From: Rhodospirillales bacterium
GTDB taxonomy: Bacteria > Pseudomonadota > Alphaproteobacteria > Rhodospirillales > JAPHRK01
DNA length: 64,000 nt
Assembly (NCBI GenBank): GCA_026196105.1
Contig: JAPHRK010000005.1
Location: 7,636-71,635, forward strand
Direction: 5' to 3'
Of the stretch, positions 1 to 11,125 are shown piece by piece. Made by a program: the position numbers and the translations under genes. The notes under the pieces are model-generated. The model was not told where the DNA came from. It was given only the letters and a program-made list of their open reading frames with translations, and did no database searches. Within the stretch, counting starts at the first letter, position 1, and every line of letters begins with the position of its first letter.

Positions 1-471
1 GTCAGTCACGTTACGGATACAAAAGGCAATGGTGTAAGCGTCCACAGATTGGTCTGGGACCGGGAGTTTCTCAGCGTTACCGCAAATCCAACTGATCCCT
101 GTGAGCAGGCCTTCATCAACGGAACGGTCCCGTCCGACGTGAAGCATTTCATAGTTAATGTCACATACGAAAACCTCGCCGTCGCCTTTAACCCGATCAA
201 GGAAGCGCATGGCAATATCGCCTGTGCCACCGCCGACATCGAGCAAGGTCATGCCCGGTTGAGGTTTAAGCCAATCCATCATGGCGGCTTTCCATAAACG
301 ATGAACGCCCATACTCATCAGGTCATTCATCAGGTCGTACTTACCGGCTACGCTGTCAAAAACGTCTCGCACCATGGAGGCTTTTTCCTCTCTGGCGACA
401 GTAGAGAAACCGAAATGGGTGGTTTCTGTTTGGTCCGGTGACGAACTATTTTGTTGGCTTGATTTCGACAT
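1..471 (-). CDS. ubiE: Ubiquinone/menaquinone C-methyltransferase UbiE (runs off the left edge; missing from the ORF track)
   Basis: Manual translation from ATG 471: MSKSSQQ...THFGF...VRDVFDSVAGKYDLMNDLMSMGVHRLWK...LLDVGGGTGDIA...YTIAFCIRNVTD. Divergent from mutM, as is usual in alphaproteobacteria. Confidence 0.95.
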   Translation of the reverse strand, partial: MSKSSQQNSSSPDQTETTHFGFSTVAREEKASMVRDVFDSVAGKYDLMNDLMSMGVHRLWKAAMMDWLKPQPGMTLLDVGGGTGDIAMRFLDRVKGDGEVFVCDINYEMLHVGRDRSVDEGLLTGISWICGNAEKLPVPDQSVDAYTIAFCIRNVTD

Positions 472-545
472 GAGCGGAACATAGCCTATGAATATGCGAA
501 GCGCCACATTGGATTGATATGAAAATGAGAGATTAAAGAGAAAAT

Positions 546-1391
546 ATGCCTGAGCTTCCCGAAGTTGAAACCGTTTGCCGGGGAATCGCCCCTTACCTTG
601 AAGGACGAACCCTAAAAACTGTGGTTCAGCGCCGCCCTAACCTGCGTAAACCCTTCCCAGAAGATTTTGTCACGCGCCTTGAAGGGGCGAAGGTTATTAC
701 GGTGCGAAGGCGGGCTAAATATATTGTCATCCATACGTCTAGTGATGATGCCCTCCTTATTCATTTAGGGATGTCCGGACGGATGACGGTTTATGATCCA
801 GGCGAAGCTCCTGACCCAGCAGCCCATGACCATGTGGATTTTGTCACCGACCAAGGTCATACCTTGCGTTTTACTGACCCCCGTCGATTCGGTTTGATGG
901 ATATTGTTGAGGGCGCGAAACTTGACGATCACCCCTTAATGGCGGCTATTGGGCCGGAGCCATTGGGCAATCAATTTAATGCCACTGTTTTGGCTGAAAA
1001 CCTTAAGAAGAGAAACAGCCCAATCAAGTCGGTACTCCTTGATCAAAAGGTGGTGGCGGGGCTAGGCAATATATATGTGTGTGAATCCTTGTTTCGATCT
1101 GGAATTTCCCCCACACGCAAAGCCCTAAATCTCAAAACTAAAGAGGTCGAGAGGCTTTGGGAGAAAATTGTTGCCGTTCTTAATGAAGCTATTGCTGCGG
1201 GGGGCTCTTCTTTAAAGGACCATCGTCAGGCTTCTGGAGAACTTGGATACTTTCAGCATAACTTTAAAGTCTATGGGCGCGAAGGGGAGCCTTGTCCGGG
1301 GTGTGATTGTAATATTGAAAGTACAGGAGGCATTGAACGAATCACTCAATCGGGGCGCTCCACCTTCTTTTGTGCAAAGAAGCAAAGATAA
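546..1391 (+). CDS. mutM: Formamidopyrimidine-DNA glycosylase
   Basis: N-terminal PELPEVE, HLGMSG, GLGNIY, C-terminal zinc finger (CPGC...FFCAKKQ). Confidence 0.97.
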   Translation: MPELPEVETVCRGIAPYLEGRTLKTVVQRRPNLRKPFPEDFVTRLEGAKVITVRRRAKYIVIHTSSDDALLIHLGMSGRMTVYDPGEAPDPAAHDHVDFVTDQGHTLRFTDPRRFGLMDIVEGAKLDDHPLMAAIGPEPLGNQFNATVLAENLKKRNSPIKSVLLDQKVVAGLGNIYVCESLFRSGISPTRKALNLKTKEVERLWEKIVAVLNEAIAAGGSSLKDHRQASGELGYFQHNFKVYGREGEPCPGCDCNIESTGGIERITQSGRSTFFCAKKQR

Positions 1392-1400
1392 GAGTCTGTT

Positions 1401-1817
1401 GTGAAAAAAATCTATGCTATAGCCATTTCCATGATGCAAATGGGGAAAATAATCGCCGCTTTTTGTTTGGCACTCTTTATGTCCTTTTCGGCTTTGGCTG
1501 AAGACAAAGCCTTTGTCTCGGGATTTGAAGATTTGCCTCTCATGGCTGGCCTGGAAATGGCCGATGAAGGGAATTTGGAATTCGAAACCCCTCAGGGGAG
1601 AATTGTCGAATCCTACGCCCATGGCCCCATTTCAAAATCAGAAATCCTCTCTTTTTACAAAACCGTCCTGCCCCAACTAGGATGGATGGAGAAGACTCAA
1701 GGCGTTTTTCAAAGAGAAGGGGAGATTCTCAAACTTGAGTTTCCCACAGAAATTCCAGATAAGAGCAACCAAGATAAGACGGTCACCGTCCACTTTGCCT
1801 TATCACCTTATAAATAG
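1401..1817 (+). CDS. Hypothetical exported protein (start may be ATG near 1431-1440)
   Basis: Signal-peptide-like hydrophobic stretch ending ALA-E; sits between mutM and the enoyl-CoA hydratase on the same strand. Confidence 0.7.
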   Translation: MKKIYAIAISMMQMGKIIAAFCLALFMSFSALAEDKAFVSGFEDLPLMAGLEMADEGNLEFETPQGRIVESYAHGPISKSEILSFYKTVLPQLGWMEKTQGVFQREGEILKLEFPTEIPDKSNQDKTVTVHFALSPYK

Positions 1818-1859
1818 TTCCAACCAGTTAAATTAAATATCCGAGGGAGTAACCTTAAG

Positions 1860-2636
1860 ATGGCTTACGAAAACATCATTTCCGAGAAAAAGGGCCGCGT
1901 TGGTCTTGTCACATTAAACCGCCCTAAAGCGATGAACGCTTTAAACCCGGACCTGATGCTTGAGCTCAAAGCTGCTCTTATTGACTTTGATGCTGATGAT
2001 GAAATTGGGGCTATCATTTTGACAGGTAGCAACAAAGCTTTTGCCGCAGGCGCTGATATTAAAGCCATGCAGAACAAAACCTTCATGGAAGCTTTCATGG
2101 GTGATTTCATTACCGACAACTGGGAGCAACTCCGTTTGTGCCGCAAGCCCGTTATTGCCGCTGTTGCAGGATATGCCCTTGGTGGCGGCTGTGAAGTAGC
2201 CATGATGTGTGACTTTATCTTAGCTGCTGACAATGCCAAGTTCGGTCAACCTGAAATCAAATTGGGAATCATCCCTGGTGCTGGTGGTACTCAACGCCTC
2301 ACCCGTTATGTCGGCAAATCAAAAGCCATGGAAATGGTCCTAACAGGCCGGATGATGGATGCTGAAGAAGCTGAGCGTGCTGGGCTTGTGAGCCGTATAG
2401 TTCCAGTTGATGATCTACTTGATGATGCTATTGATACCGCTGAAGAGATTGCTAAGCTTTCACGTCCTTCTGTGATGATGGCAAAAGAATGTGTTAACCG
2501 TTCTTATGAAGTCACCCTCAACGAAGGTGTCTTGTTTGAACGTAGAGCTTTTCACTCCTTATTTGGTACCGATGACCAAAAAGAAGGTATGTCAGCGTTT
2601 GCTGAGAAGCGCTCGCCGAATTTTGAGAATAAATAA
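1860..2636 (+). CDS. Enoyl-CoA hydratase (crotonase family)
   Basis: [38 protein letters not shown] motifs; GGGAG RBS. Confidence 0.95.
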   Translation: MAYENIISEKKGRVGLVTLNRPKAMNALNPDLMLELKAALIDFDADDEIGAIILTGSNKAFAAGADIKAMQNKTFMEAFMGDFITDNWEQLRLCRKPVIAAVAGYALGGGCEVAMMCDFILAADNAKFGQPEIKLGIIPGAGGTQRLTRYVGKSKAMEMVLTGRMMDAEEAERAGLVSRIVPVDDLLDDAIDTAEEIAKLSRPSVMMAKECVNRSYEVTLNEGVLFERRAFHSLFGTDDQKEGMSAFAEKRSPNFENK

Positions 2637-2671
2637 TTGAATAAAAGGCGGAGTTATTGCGTTTCGGGCGC

Positions 2672-2700
2672 TTGACGACAGAGTTTAAGCGCTATATAAC
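2672..2700 (+). promoter_or_regulatory. Sigma70-type promoter of rpsT
   Basis: TTGACG-N17-TATAAC upstream of rpsT. Confidence 0.7.
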
Positions 2701-2748
2701 CCCGCCTTCCGAATTTAGAAATTAGATTGAACGTAGGTTCTTAGAGTT

Positions 2749-3012
2749 ATGGCCCATCACAAGTCTGCTAAAAAACGTATTCGTCGTAATGACCGTCGCG
2801 CTGAAATTAACGGCGCGCGCATGAGCCGCATTCGTACATTTGTTAAAAACGTTGAGCTGGCAATCGCATCAGGCGATCAGCCAAAAGCCCAAGAAGCTTT
2901 AAAAGCTGCTCAGCCAGAAATGATGCGTGGCGTTAGCCGGGGTGTTGTTAAACAAAACACCATGTCCCGGAAAATTTCCCGCCTCTCTGCACGTATTAAG
3001 GCAATCGCTTAA
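2749..3012 (+). CDS. rpsT: 30S ribosomal protein S20
   Basis: [12 protein letters not shown]...SRIRTFVK...[10 protein letters not shown]; classic position upstream of dnaA. Confidence 0.98.
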   Translation: MAHHKSAKKRIRRNDRRAEINGARMSRIRTFVKNVELAIASGDQPKAQEALKAAQPEMMRGVSRGVVKQNTMSRKISRLSARIKAIA

Positions 3013-3038
3013 ACACGTAAGCGATTCGCCTGAAATTT

Positions 3039-3077
3039 AAAAAGTCGCCTCGGGGTTTTCCGGTGGGCGGCTTTTTT
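3039..3077 (+). terminator. Rho-independent terminator after rpsT
   Basis: AAAAGTCGCC...GGCGGCTTTTTT stem-loop with U-tract. Confidence 0.8.
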
Positions 3078-3620
3078 GCGTCTTTATTCCAAAAGCTCTA
3101 AAGACTAATGAAATCCCTCAAAACACAAAGGCGTGATTCAAAAGGCGTCTTCTAGAGTCAAGAAGTTTATTTTGCATTTTCGTGATTCAATCTGATTGAA
3201 TGCATCCTTTCTCGAGGCTAAAGTGTCTTTGGTTTTGACCGGGGGAGAACGGCAAAAAGCCAACAGTTGAAGACGAAGTCTTAAGAAGGTGTGACGCATA
3301 TGATAGCGCTCGCAAGCAGGTTTTTTTTGGCAACCTTAAACTGGGAAGGTTGAGGCGTCAGAAAATATATGTGTTAACCAATTTTTGTACTTATTTGTAC
3401 TTAGAAGAACTAAACGACGTCAAAAATGACGCGGAAGTAACTACATTTTGCTCTTTATATAAAGGCTCCCGTTTTAGGTGTTTTATTCTCCTTCTATCAA
3501 ACGGGTGTTTGATTTTAACTTACTGGAAGTGGTCAATTAAGGCGGCTTTCTAATGTTTATTTTTTTATTCGGCTCATCCAACTTCGTTGGGTTTGAGTCA
3601 CGGGGAATAATTGGATTCTA

Positions 3621-5084
3621 ATGGGATACCAACACGACATATCTTCCGTCGATGGGGCCGTTGAAGAGCAATGGGGTCGCATCTGTGAAAAAATGAAGAG
3701 CGAAATCGGAGATGCCGCTTTTAAAAGCTGGCTCAAACCAATGTCTATCAAAGATATTGTCGATGGCTCCTTAAAAATTTCTGTACCAACACGTTTTATG
3801 CGCGATTGGGTCATGACCCATTATGCCGAGCGATTGCAGAGTCTGTGGAATCGGGAAAATACCGGGATTAAGTCCTTGGATATTTCCGTTCAGGAAGAAC
3901 GTAAAAGCCCGACAGCGGCTTTGGCATCAAAAGGCGGTCCTTTTGCGGCTCCTTTGTCCCAGCCTCGCCCTCAATCTTCTTCCAGAGGATCAAAGTCTGG
4001 TATGCCGGAGCTTCGTTCTGCTGCGACAGGCCGTGATTCTCTTTCAGATGAGCGTGCCGAACTCTGCGCACCTTTGGATACCCGCTATACATTTGACAAC
4101 TTCGTTGTTGGGAAACCTAACGAGTTTGCTTATGCCGCAGCCAAACGAATCGCAGAAGCAGAAGTGGTGCAGTTTAATCCCCTCTTCCTTTATGGCGGCG
4201 TTGGCTTGGGCAAGACCCATTTGATGCACGCTATTGCCTGGCAGATTCGTTCCGCCAACCCGAATCGTTCTGTGGTCTATATGTCAGCAGAAAAATTCAT
4301 GTATCGCTTTATTCGGGCTTTGCGTGAAAAGAATACAGTGGACTTCAAAGAACAGTTCCGATCTGTAGACGTTTTGATGATTGATGATGTTCAATTTATC
4401 AGCGGGAAAGAATCCACTCAGGAAGAATTTTTCCATACCTTTAACGCTCTTGTTGACCAAGGTCGCCAGATCGTTATTTCGGCGGATAAATCTCCTTCTG
4501 ATCTGGAAGGAATGGAAGAGCGCTTGAAATCCAGACTGAATTGTGGCTTGGTGGCTGATATCCATGCCACGACCTATGAGCTTCGCTTGGGTATTTTGCA
4601 GGCTAAATCTGAACAGATGAACCTGATCATGCCGCAAAAGGTAACAGAATTTCTCGCTCACAAAATCACCTCCAATGTTCGTGAGCTTGAAGGTGCCCTA
4701 AATCGGGTTGTCGCTCATTCTCAACTAGTGGGCCGTGACATTACGCTAGAAAGCACCCAGGAAGTTCTCCATGATCTTCTGAGGGCAAATGATCGTCGAG
4801 TGACTATTGAGGAGATACAAAAGCGGGTGGCTGAACATTTCAACATCCGGATCTCTGACATGCACTCAGCGCGTAGAGCCCGTTCAGTGGCACGTCCTCG
4901 TCAGGTGGCTATGTATCTCGCCAAACAACTTACCTCACGCTCTTTACCCGAAATTGGCCGTAAGTTTGGCGGCCGGGATCACACGACGGTTATGCATGCC
5001 GTGAAAAAAGTTGATGAGTTACGTAATGCCGAGCAGTCTTTTGCAGAAGATGTGGAACTCCTTAAGCGGATGCTTGAGAGCTAA
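3621..5084 (+). CDS. dnaA: Chromosomal replication initiator DnaA
   Basis: NPLFLYGGVGLGKTHL Walker A, DVLMIDDVQF, QEEFFHTFN, FGGRDHTTVMHA. Confidence 0.99.
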   Translation: MGYQHDISSVDGAVEEQWGRICEKMKSEIGDAAFKSWLKPMSIKDIVDGSLKISVPTRFMRDWVMTHYAERLQSLWNRENTGIKSLDISVQEERKSPTAALASKGGPFAAPLSQPRPQSSSRGSKSGMPELRSAATGRDSLSDERAELCAPLDTRYTFDNFVVGKPNEFAYAAAKRIAEAEVVQFNPLFLYGGVGLGKTHLMHAIAWQIRSANPNRSVVYMSAEKFMYRFIRALREKNTVDFKEQFRSVDVLMIDDVQFISGKESTQEEFFHTFNALVDQGRQIVISADKSPSDLEGMEERLKSRLNCGLVADIHATTYELRLGILQAKSEQMNLIMPQKVTEFLAHKITSNVRELEGALNRVVAHSQLVGRDITLESTQEVLHDLLRANDRRVTIEEIQKRVAEHFNIRISDMHSARRARSVARPRQVAMYLAKQLTSRSLPEIGRKFGGRDHTTVMHAVKKVDELRNAEQSFAEDVELLKRMLES

Positions 5085-5097
5085 GTTTGAAAAGAGT

Positions 5098-5192
5098 TCT
5101 CTCCCCCTGTTAGGGGGAGTTGGGGTGGATATGGAGAAGATGCATCCTTCGTCCGTTTGTACCCCTCCTAACCTCCCCTAGAAGGGGAGGGA
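5098..5192. repeat. REP/REPIN-like inverted doublet
   Basis: Two internally palindromic units, CTCCCCCT-GTT-AGGGGGAG and CCTCCCCT-AGA-AGGGGAGG, whose G/C-rich flanks are imperfect reverse complements of each other, about 30 bp apart. Confidence 0.7.
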
Positions 5193-5220
5193 CGGCAACT
5201 TTAAGCCCCTCTCAACATAT

Positions 5221-5229
5221 TGTGGATAA
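5221..5229 (-). promoter_or_regulatory. Perfect DnaA box upstream of dnaN
   Basis: TGTGGATAA is the reverse complement of TTATCCACA. Confidence 0.7.
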
Positions 5230-5430
5230 ACACCCTAAAAAAGCACAAAAAGGCTTCGGTTTTGGGTGTGTTCTGTTATACTGAATCTCCTTTTACGAGG
5301 GCCGCTATGCGGCCTTTCCTTTATCTGCTGTCAGGACGAGGTTTCTGAGGTGTTAAGGGGGTGAAAAGGCCAGGGTTTTCCTTGGGATATTTAGTTTTGG
5401 GGATAATAACGGCGGATCGAAAATAAGATC

Positions 5431-6549
5431 ATGAAAATTACTATCGAACGGGCGACATTGCTGAAGTCCTTAGCGCATGTGCAAAGCGTTGTGGAGCGTC
5501 GGAATACTATTCCAATTTTATCCAACGTTAAAATTGAAGCCGATGGTGAAACCATTAGCCTTAATGCAACGGATATGGATTTGGATATCGTTGAGACGGC
5601 AAGTGCTGAAGTTATGACGCCGGGCGTGCTGACGACCCAGGCTCATACTCTCTATGATATTGTACGTAAGCTTCCTGATGGCTCCCAAGTTGAGCTGGAT
5701 TATACCGGTGGTGACGGGCAACTTATTCTTCGTGCGGGGCGCTCTAAGTTTACCTTGGCTTGTTTGCCAACGGAAGACTTCCCTGTGATGTCTGGTGGCG
5801 AGTTTCCAAATACGTTCATGGTTCCCGCTGGTGAGCTGCGCAATCTGATTGATTGCACTCGTTTTGCTATCTCTACGGAAGAGACCAGATATTATCTCAA
5901 CGGTATTTATCTCCATGCTGGCGACGTTGGCGGGACTGCTGTGTTGCGCGGTGTTGCAACGGACGGTCACCGTTTAGCCAGTGTTGATTTGCCTATGCCT
6001 GAAGGGGCCTCTGATATTCCAGGCGTAATCGTTCCTCGCAAAGCCGTTGGTGAGCTTCGTAAGTTGATTGAAGAAACGGGTGATGCAGTAGAAATAAGCC
6101 TGTCGGAAACGAAAATTCGCTTTGCTTTTGATGATGCGATTTTAACTTCCAAGCTTATTGATGGCACTTTCCCGGATTATCAGCGGGTTATTCCTCAAGG
6201 CAACGATAAGATTCTTGAAGTGGATAGCAAAAGCTTGGCCCAGGTGGTCGATCGTGTTTCTGCTATTTCTACAGAAAAAACACGTGCGGTTAAGCTTGCT
6301 TTGAGCCCCGGCATGTTGGTTCTTTCTGCAAGTAGCCCTGAGAGTGGAACGGCGACGGAAGAAGTGGAAGTTTCCTACAGTGCTGACGCCATCGAAATTG
6401 GTTTTAATTCACGTTACCTGCTCGAAATTCTGCATCAGGTTGAAGGCGATACGGTTCAATTCCAATTAGCTGATGGGGCATCCCCCACCTTGGTTCGGGA
6501 TTCTGCTGATGCCAGCGCGCTTTATGTGCTTATGCCCATGCGCGTTTAA
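5431..6549 (+). CDS. dnaN: DNA polymerase III beta clamp
   Basis: ERRNTIPILSN, STEETRYYLNG, ATDGHRL, C-terminal YVLMPMRV. Confidence 0.99.
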   Translation: MKITIERATLLKSLAHVQSVVERRNTIPILSNVKIEADGETISLNATDMDLDIVETASAEVMTPGVLTTQAHTLYDIVRKLPDGSQVELDYTGGDGQLILRAGRSKFTLACLPTEDFPVMSGGEFPNTFMVPAGELRNLIDCTRFAISTEETRYYLNGIYLHAGDVGGTAVLRGVATDGHRLASVDLPMPEGASDIPGVIVPRKAVGELRKLIEETGDAVEISLSETKIRFAFDDAILTSKLIDGTFPDYQRVIPQGNDKILEVDSKSLAQVVDRVSAISTEKTRAVKLALSPGMLVLSASSPESGTATEEVEVSYSADAIEIGFNSRYLLEILHQVEGDTVQFQLADGASPTLVRDSADASALYVLMPMRV

Positions 6550-6552
6550 GGG

Positions 6553-7797
6553 TTGAGGAATCTGACAATACTCGCTGAAAAAATGGAACCTTCTTCCGGT
6601 TTTTCTCAAGACGGTGCGACTAATGACGCAACGCAGGGGAAGGTATCTGAAAATGCTATGGCGGTCACTCAGGTTACCTTGAGTGATTTTCGCAGTTATC
6701 CCTTTCAGCGGCTGGAGACAGATACTCGTTCTGTGGTTTTCACGGGGCCTAATGGGGCAGGAAAAACAAACCTGCTTGAGGCTCTGTCTTTTTTGGTTCC
6801 CGGTCGCGGTCTTCGTCGGTCAAAAGTGCAAGATATTAGCCGCCGAAGTCCTGGAGAGCCAGAAGATACGCGACGTCCTTGGGGGGTTGCTGCCGTTGCC
6901 CAAACACCGGAAGGGACGACGGAGTTAGGCACAGGTCGTGACCCTGGCAACCTTGGCAATGGTCGCGAACGTCGGTTGGTGAAGGTCAACGGCGAGACGG
7001 TTAAAAGCCAGTCAGTGCTGGCAGAACATTTATCCATGGTGTGGCTCACACCGCAAATGGATCGTTTATTTATTGATGGCGCTTCTGCCCGTCGGCGGTT
7101 TTTAGATCGCTTGGTTTATGGTTTTGACCCGGCCCATTCGGGGCGGTTGAGTGCTTGGGATAAAGCAGCTCGCTCCCGGTTGAAGCTGTTAAAAGAAGGT
7201 CAGGCTGATGGAGATTGGCTGAGCGCCCTTGAAACCACCATGGCGGAAAAGGCGATTGCGATTGCTGCAGCCAGACGGCAAATGGCGGAACGATTGGATG
7301 CGGCTTGTCAGGATGCAGATGGGCTGTTCCCTAAGGCGAGTGTTGAGATTGTCGGTCGTATGGAAGAGATGCTCAATAGTCAGCCCGCTTTAGCTGTTGA
7401 AGAGCAATTGAGAACGGCCTTGAATGTTTCTCGTCGTCAAGATGGTGAAACAGGCTCAACTTCTGAAGGGCCTCAAAAGAGCGATCTTAAGGTTGTTCAT
7501 TTGACGAAAAAGGTAGAAGCAGAGCAATGCTCTACGGGAGAGCAAAAAGCTTTGTTAATTGCGATTGTTCTCGCAGATGCCCGGTTGAGGGCTGCAGAGC
7601 GAGGGGCACCGCCGATTTTGTTATTAGATGAAATTGCGGCCCATCTAGACGGACAACGCCGCGAGGCCTTGTTCGGAGAAATTTTTAGTCTGGGAGCCCA
7701 AGCCTGGGTAACTGGAACTGACCACGCGGTCTTTTCTTCTTTGGGAGATAAAGTCCGGTTTTTTAGTGTTGATAACGGTACTGTTCGGCCCCAGTAG
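6553..7797 (+). CDS. recF: DNA replication/repair protein RecF (start uncertain; ATG 6583 or later also possible)
   Basis: GPNGAGKTNLLEA, RRRFLDR, CSTGEQK, LLLDEIAAHLD; between dnaN and gyrB. Confidence 0.97.
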   Translation: MRNLTILAEKMEPSSGFSQDGATNDATQGKVSENAMAVTQVTLSDFRSYPFQRLETDTRSVVFTGPNGAGKTNLLEALSFLVPGRGLRRSKVQDISRRSPGEPEDTRRPWGVAAVAQTPEGTTELGTGRDPGNLGNGRERRLVKVNGETVKSQSVLAEHLSMVWLTPQMDRLFIDGASARRRFLDRLVYGFDPAHSGRLSAWDKAARSRLKLLKEGQADGDWLSALETTMAEKAIAIAAARRQMAERLDAACQDADGLFPKASVEIVGRMEEMLNSQPALAVEEQLRTALNVSRRQDGETGSTSEGPQKSDLKVVHLTKKVEAEQCSTGEQKALLIAIVLADARLRAAERGAPPILLLDEIAAHLDGQRREALFGEIFSLGAQAWVTGTDHAVFSSLGDKVRFFSVDNGTVRPQ

Positions 7798-7804
7798 GGC
7801 CTAA

Positions 7805-10264
<2,460 letters not shown>

Positions 10265-10287
10265 GTTTAAAAAATAAGGACAGCTTC

Positions 10288-10686
10288 ATGAGCCCAGATG
10301 AACTTGGTGAGATTATTGATTCTCACTACCAATGGTTAAATATGGATCCTGCAGGTCGGCGAGCGGTTCTATTTGGAGCTGACCTTAGGGGGGTGGATCT
10401 TTCGGGGTTAGATTTAACGGATGTAGATTTCCGCTCGGCTGACTTATCGGATTCAGACCTGTCTGGGGCCAACCTAACGAGAGCAAACTTTAGTGATGCT
10501 ACCCTAACTTACGCCAACCTATCCAACGCTAATTTAAGCACCGCGGAGTTTAATGATACGGATCTGAGGGGGGCTTATCTGCTTGGAGCAAACCTCACTG
10601 GGACGGAAGCCTGGCGGTGTAATTTTAAAGGTACGATGATTGAGGCTGAGGCGTTGCATAATTTGCTCGGTTGCCGCAATCCTTGA
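10288..10686 (+). CDS. Pentapeptide repeat protein
   Basis: About 17 tandem A(D/N)Lxx-type repeats (ADLRG VDLSG...ANLTG) after an H-x-x-W-L...GRRA N-cap. Confidence 0.9.
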   Translation: MSPDELGEIIDSHYQWLNMDPAGRRAVLFGADLRGVDLSGLDLTDVDFRSADLSDSDLSGANLTRANFSDATLTYANLSNANLSTAEFNDTDLRGAYLLGANLTGTEAWRCNFKGTMIEAEALHNLLGCRNP

Positions 10687-10905
10687 GGAGAAAAAAATCA
10701 ACAAAAAAATAAAAAGGACACTTAAATAAAAGTGTCACTTGTGAGACTCAAGAAAGCCTCTTAAGCCTTTGAAAAAAAGGCTCTTCGCTCTAAACATAAA
10801 CCAAGTTGTGCACATAGGGCTTTGGGGTCAACAACTAGAAAAAAAGCTGCTAGAAAAAAGTTGAGGCAATAATTTTTTCTATCTTGACTTAAAAAAATAT
10901 ATATT

Positions 10906-10918
10906 ATTCAAAGAGTTA
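10906..10918 (+). promoter_or_regulatory. IHF-like site
   Basis: ATTCAA-AGAG-TTA, one mismatch to WATCAA-N4-TTR, preceded by an A/T tract. Confidence 0.35.
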
Positions 10919-10990
10919 TTGGGGTGCCTATTTTTTAGGCAAATAGAGGAAATCCGCAGACTTCTGCCGATAAGTCCCTTTAATCGAGGA

Positions 10991-11025
10991 TTATCTACAG
11001 ACTTATCCACAAGTTTAGTGGATAG
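10991..11025. promoter_or_regulatory. DnaA-box cluster upstream of uvrC
   Basis: TTATCTACA (10991), perfect TTATCCACA (11003) and inverted AGTGGATAG (11017). Confidence 0.65.
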
Positions 11026-11125
11026 TTATTTTAGGGTTGTCTCAGCCCAGTTATTCCCCCCTTAAAGGCGTAAAATAAGGTAGAAAGACTTTTAACTTCT
11101 GGGTAATAGAAAAGACGACTTTCAC

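Noticed and set aside
6-297. ORF-track entries 6..239(-) and 49..297(+)
   Set aside because: Off-frame and antisense shadows of ubiE, which occupies 1..471 on the minus strand
3350-3553. 67-aa ORF upstream of dnaA as a leader peptide
   Set aside because: TTG start, AT-rich promoter-like sequence, no recognisable protein features
5085-5430. oriC between dnaA and dnaN
   Set aside because: Only one clear DnaA box and no AT-rich unwinding element; better read as dnaN regulation
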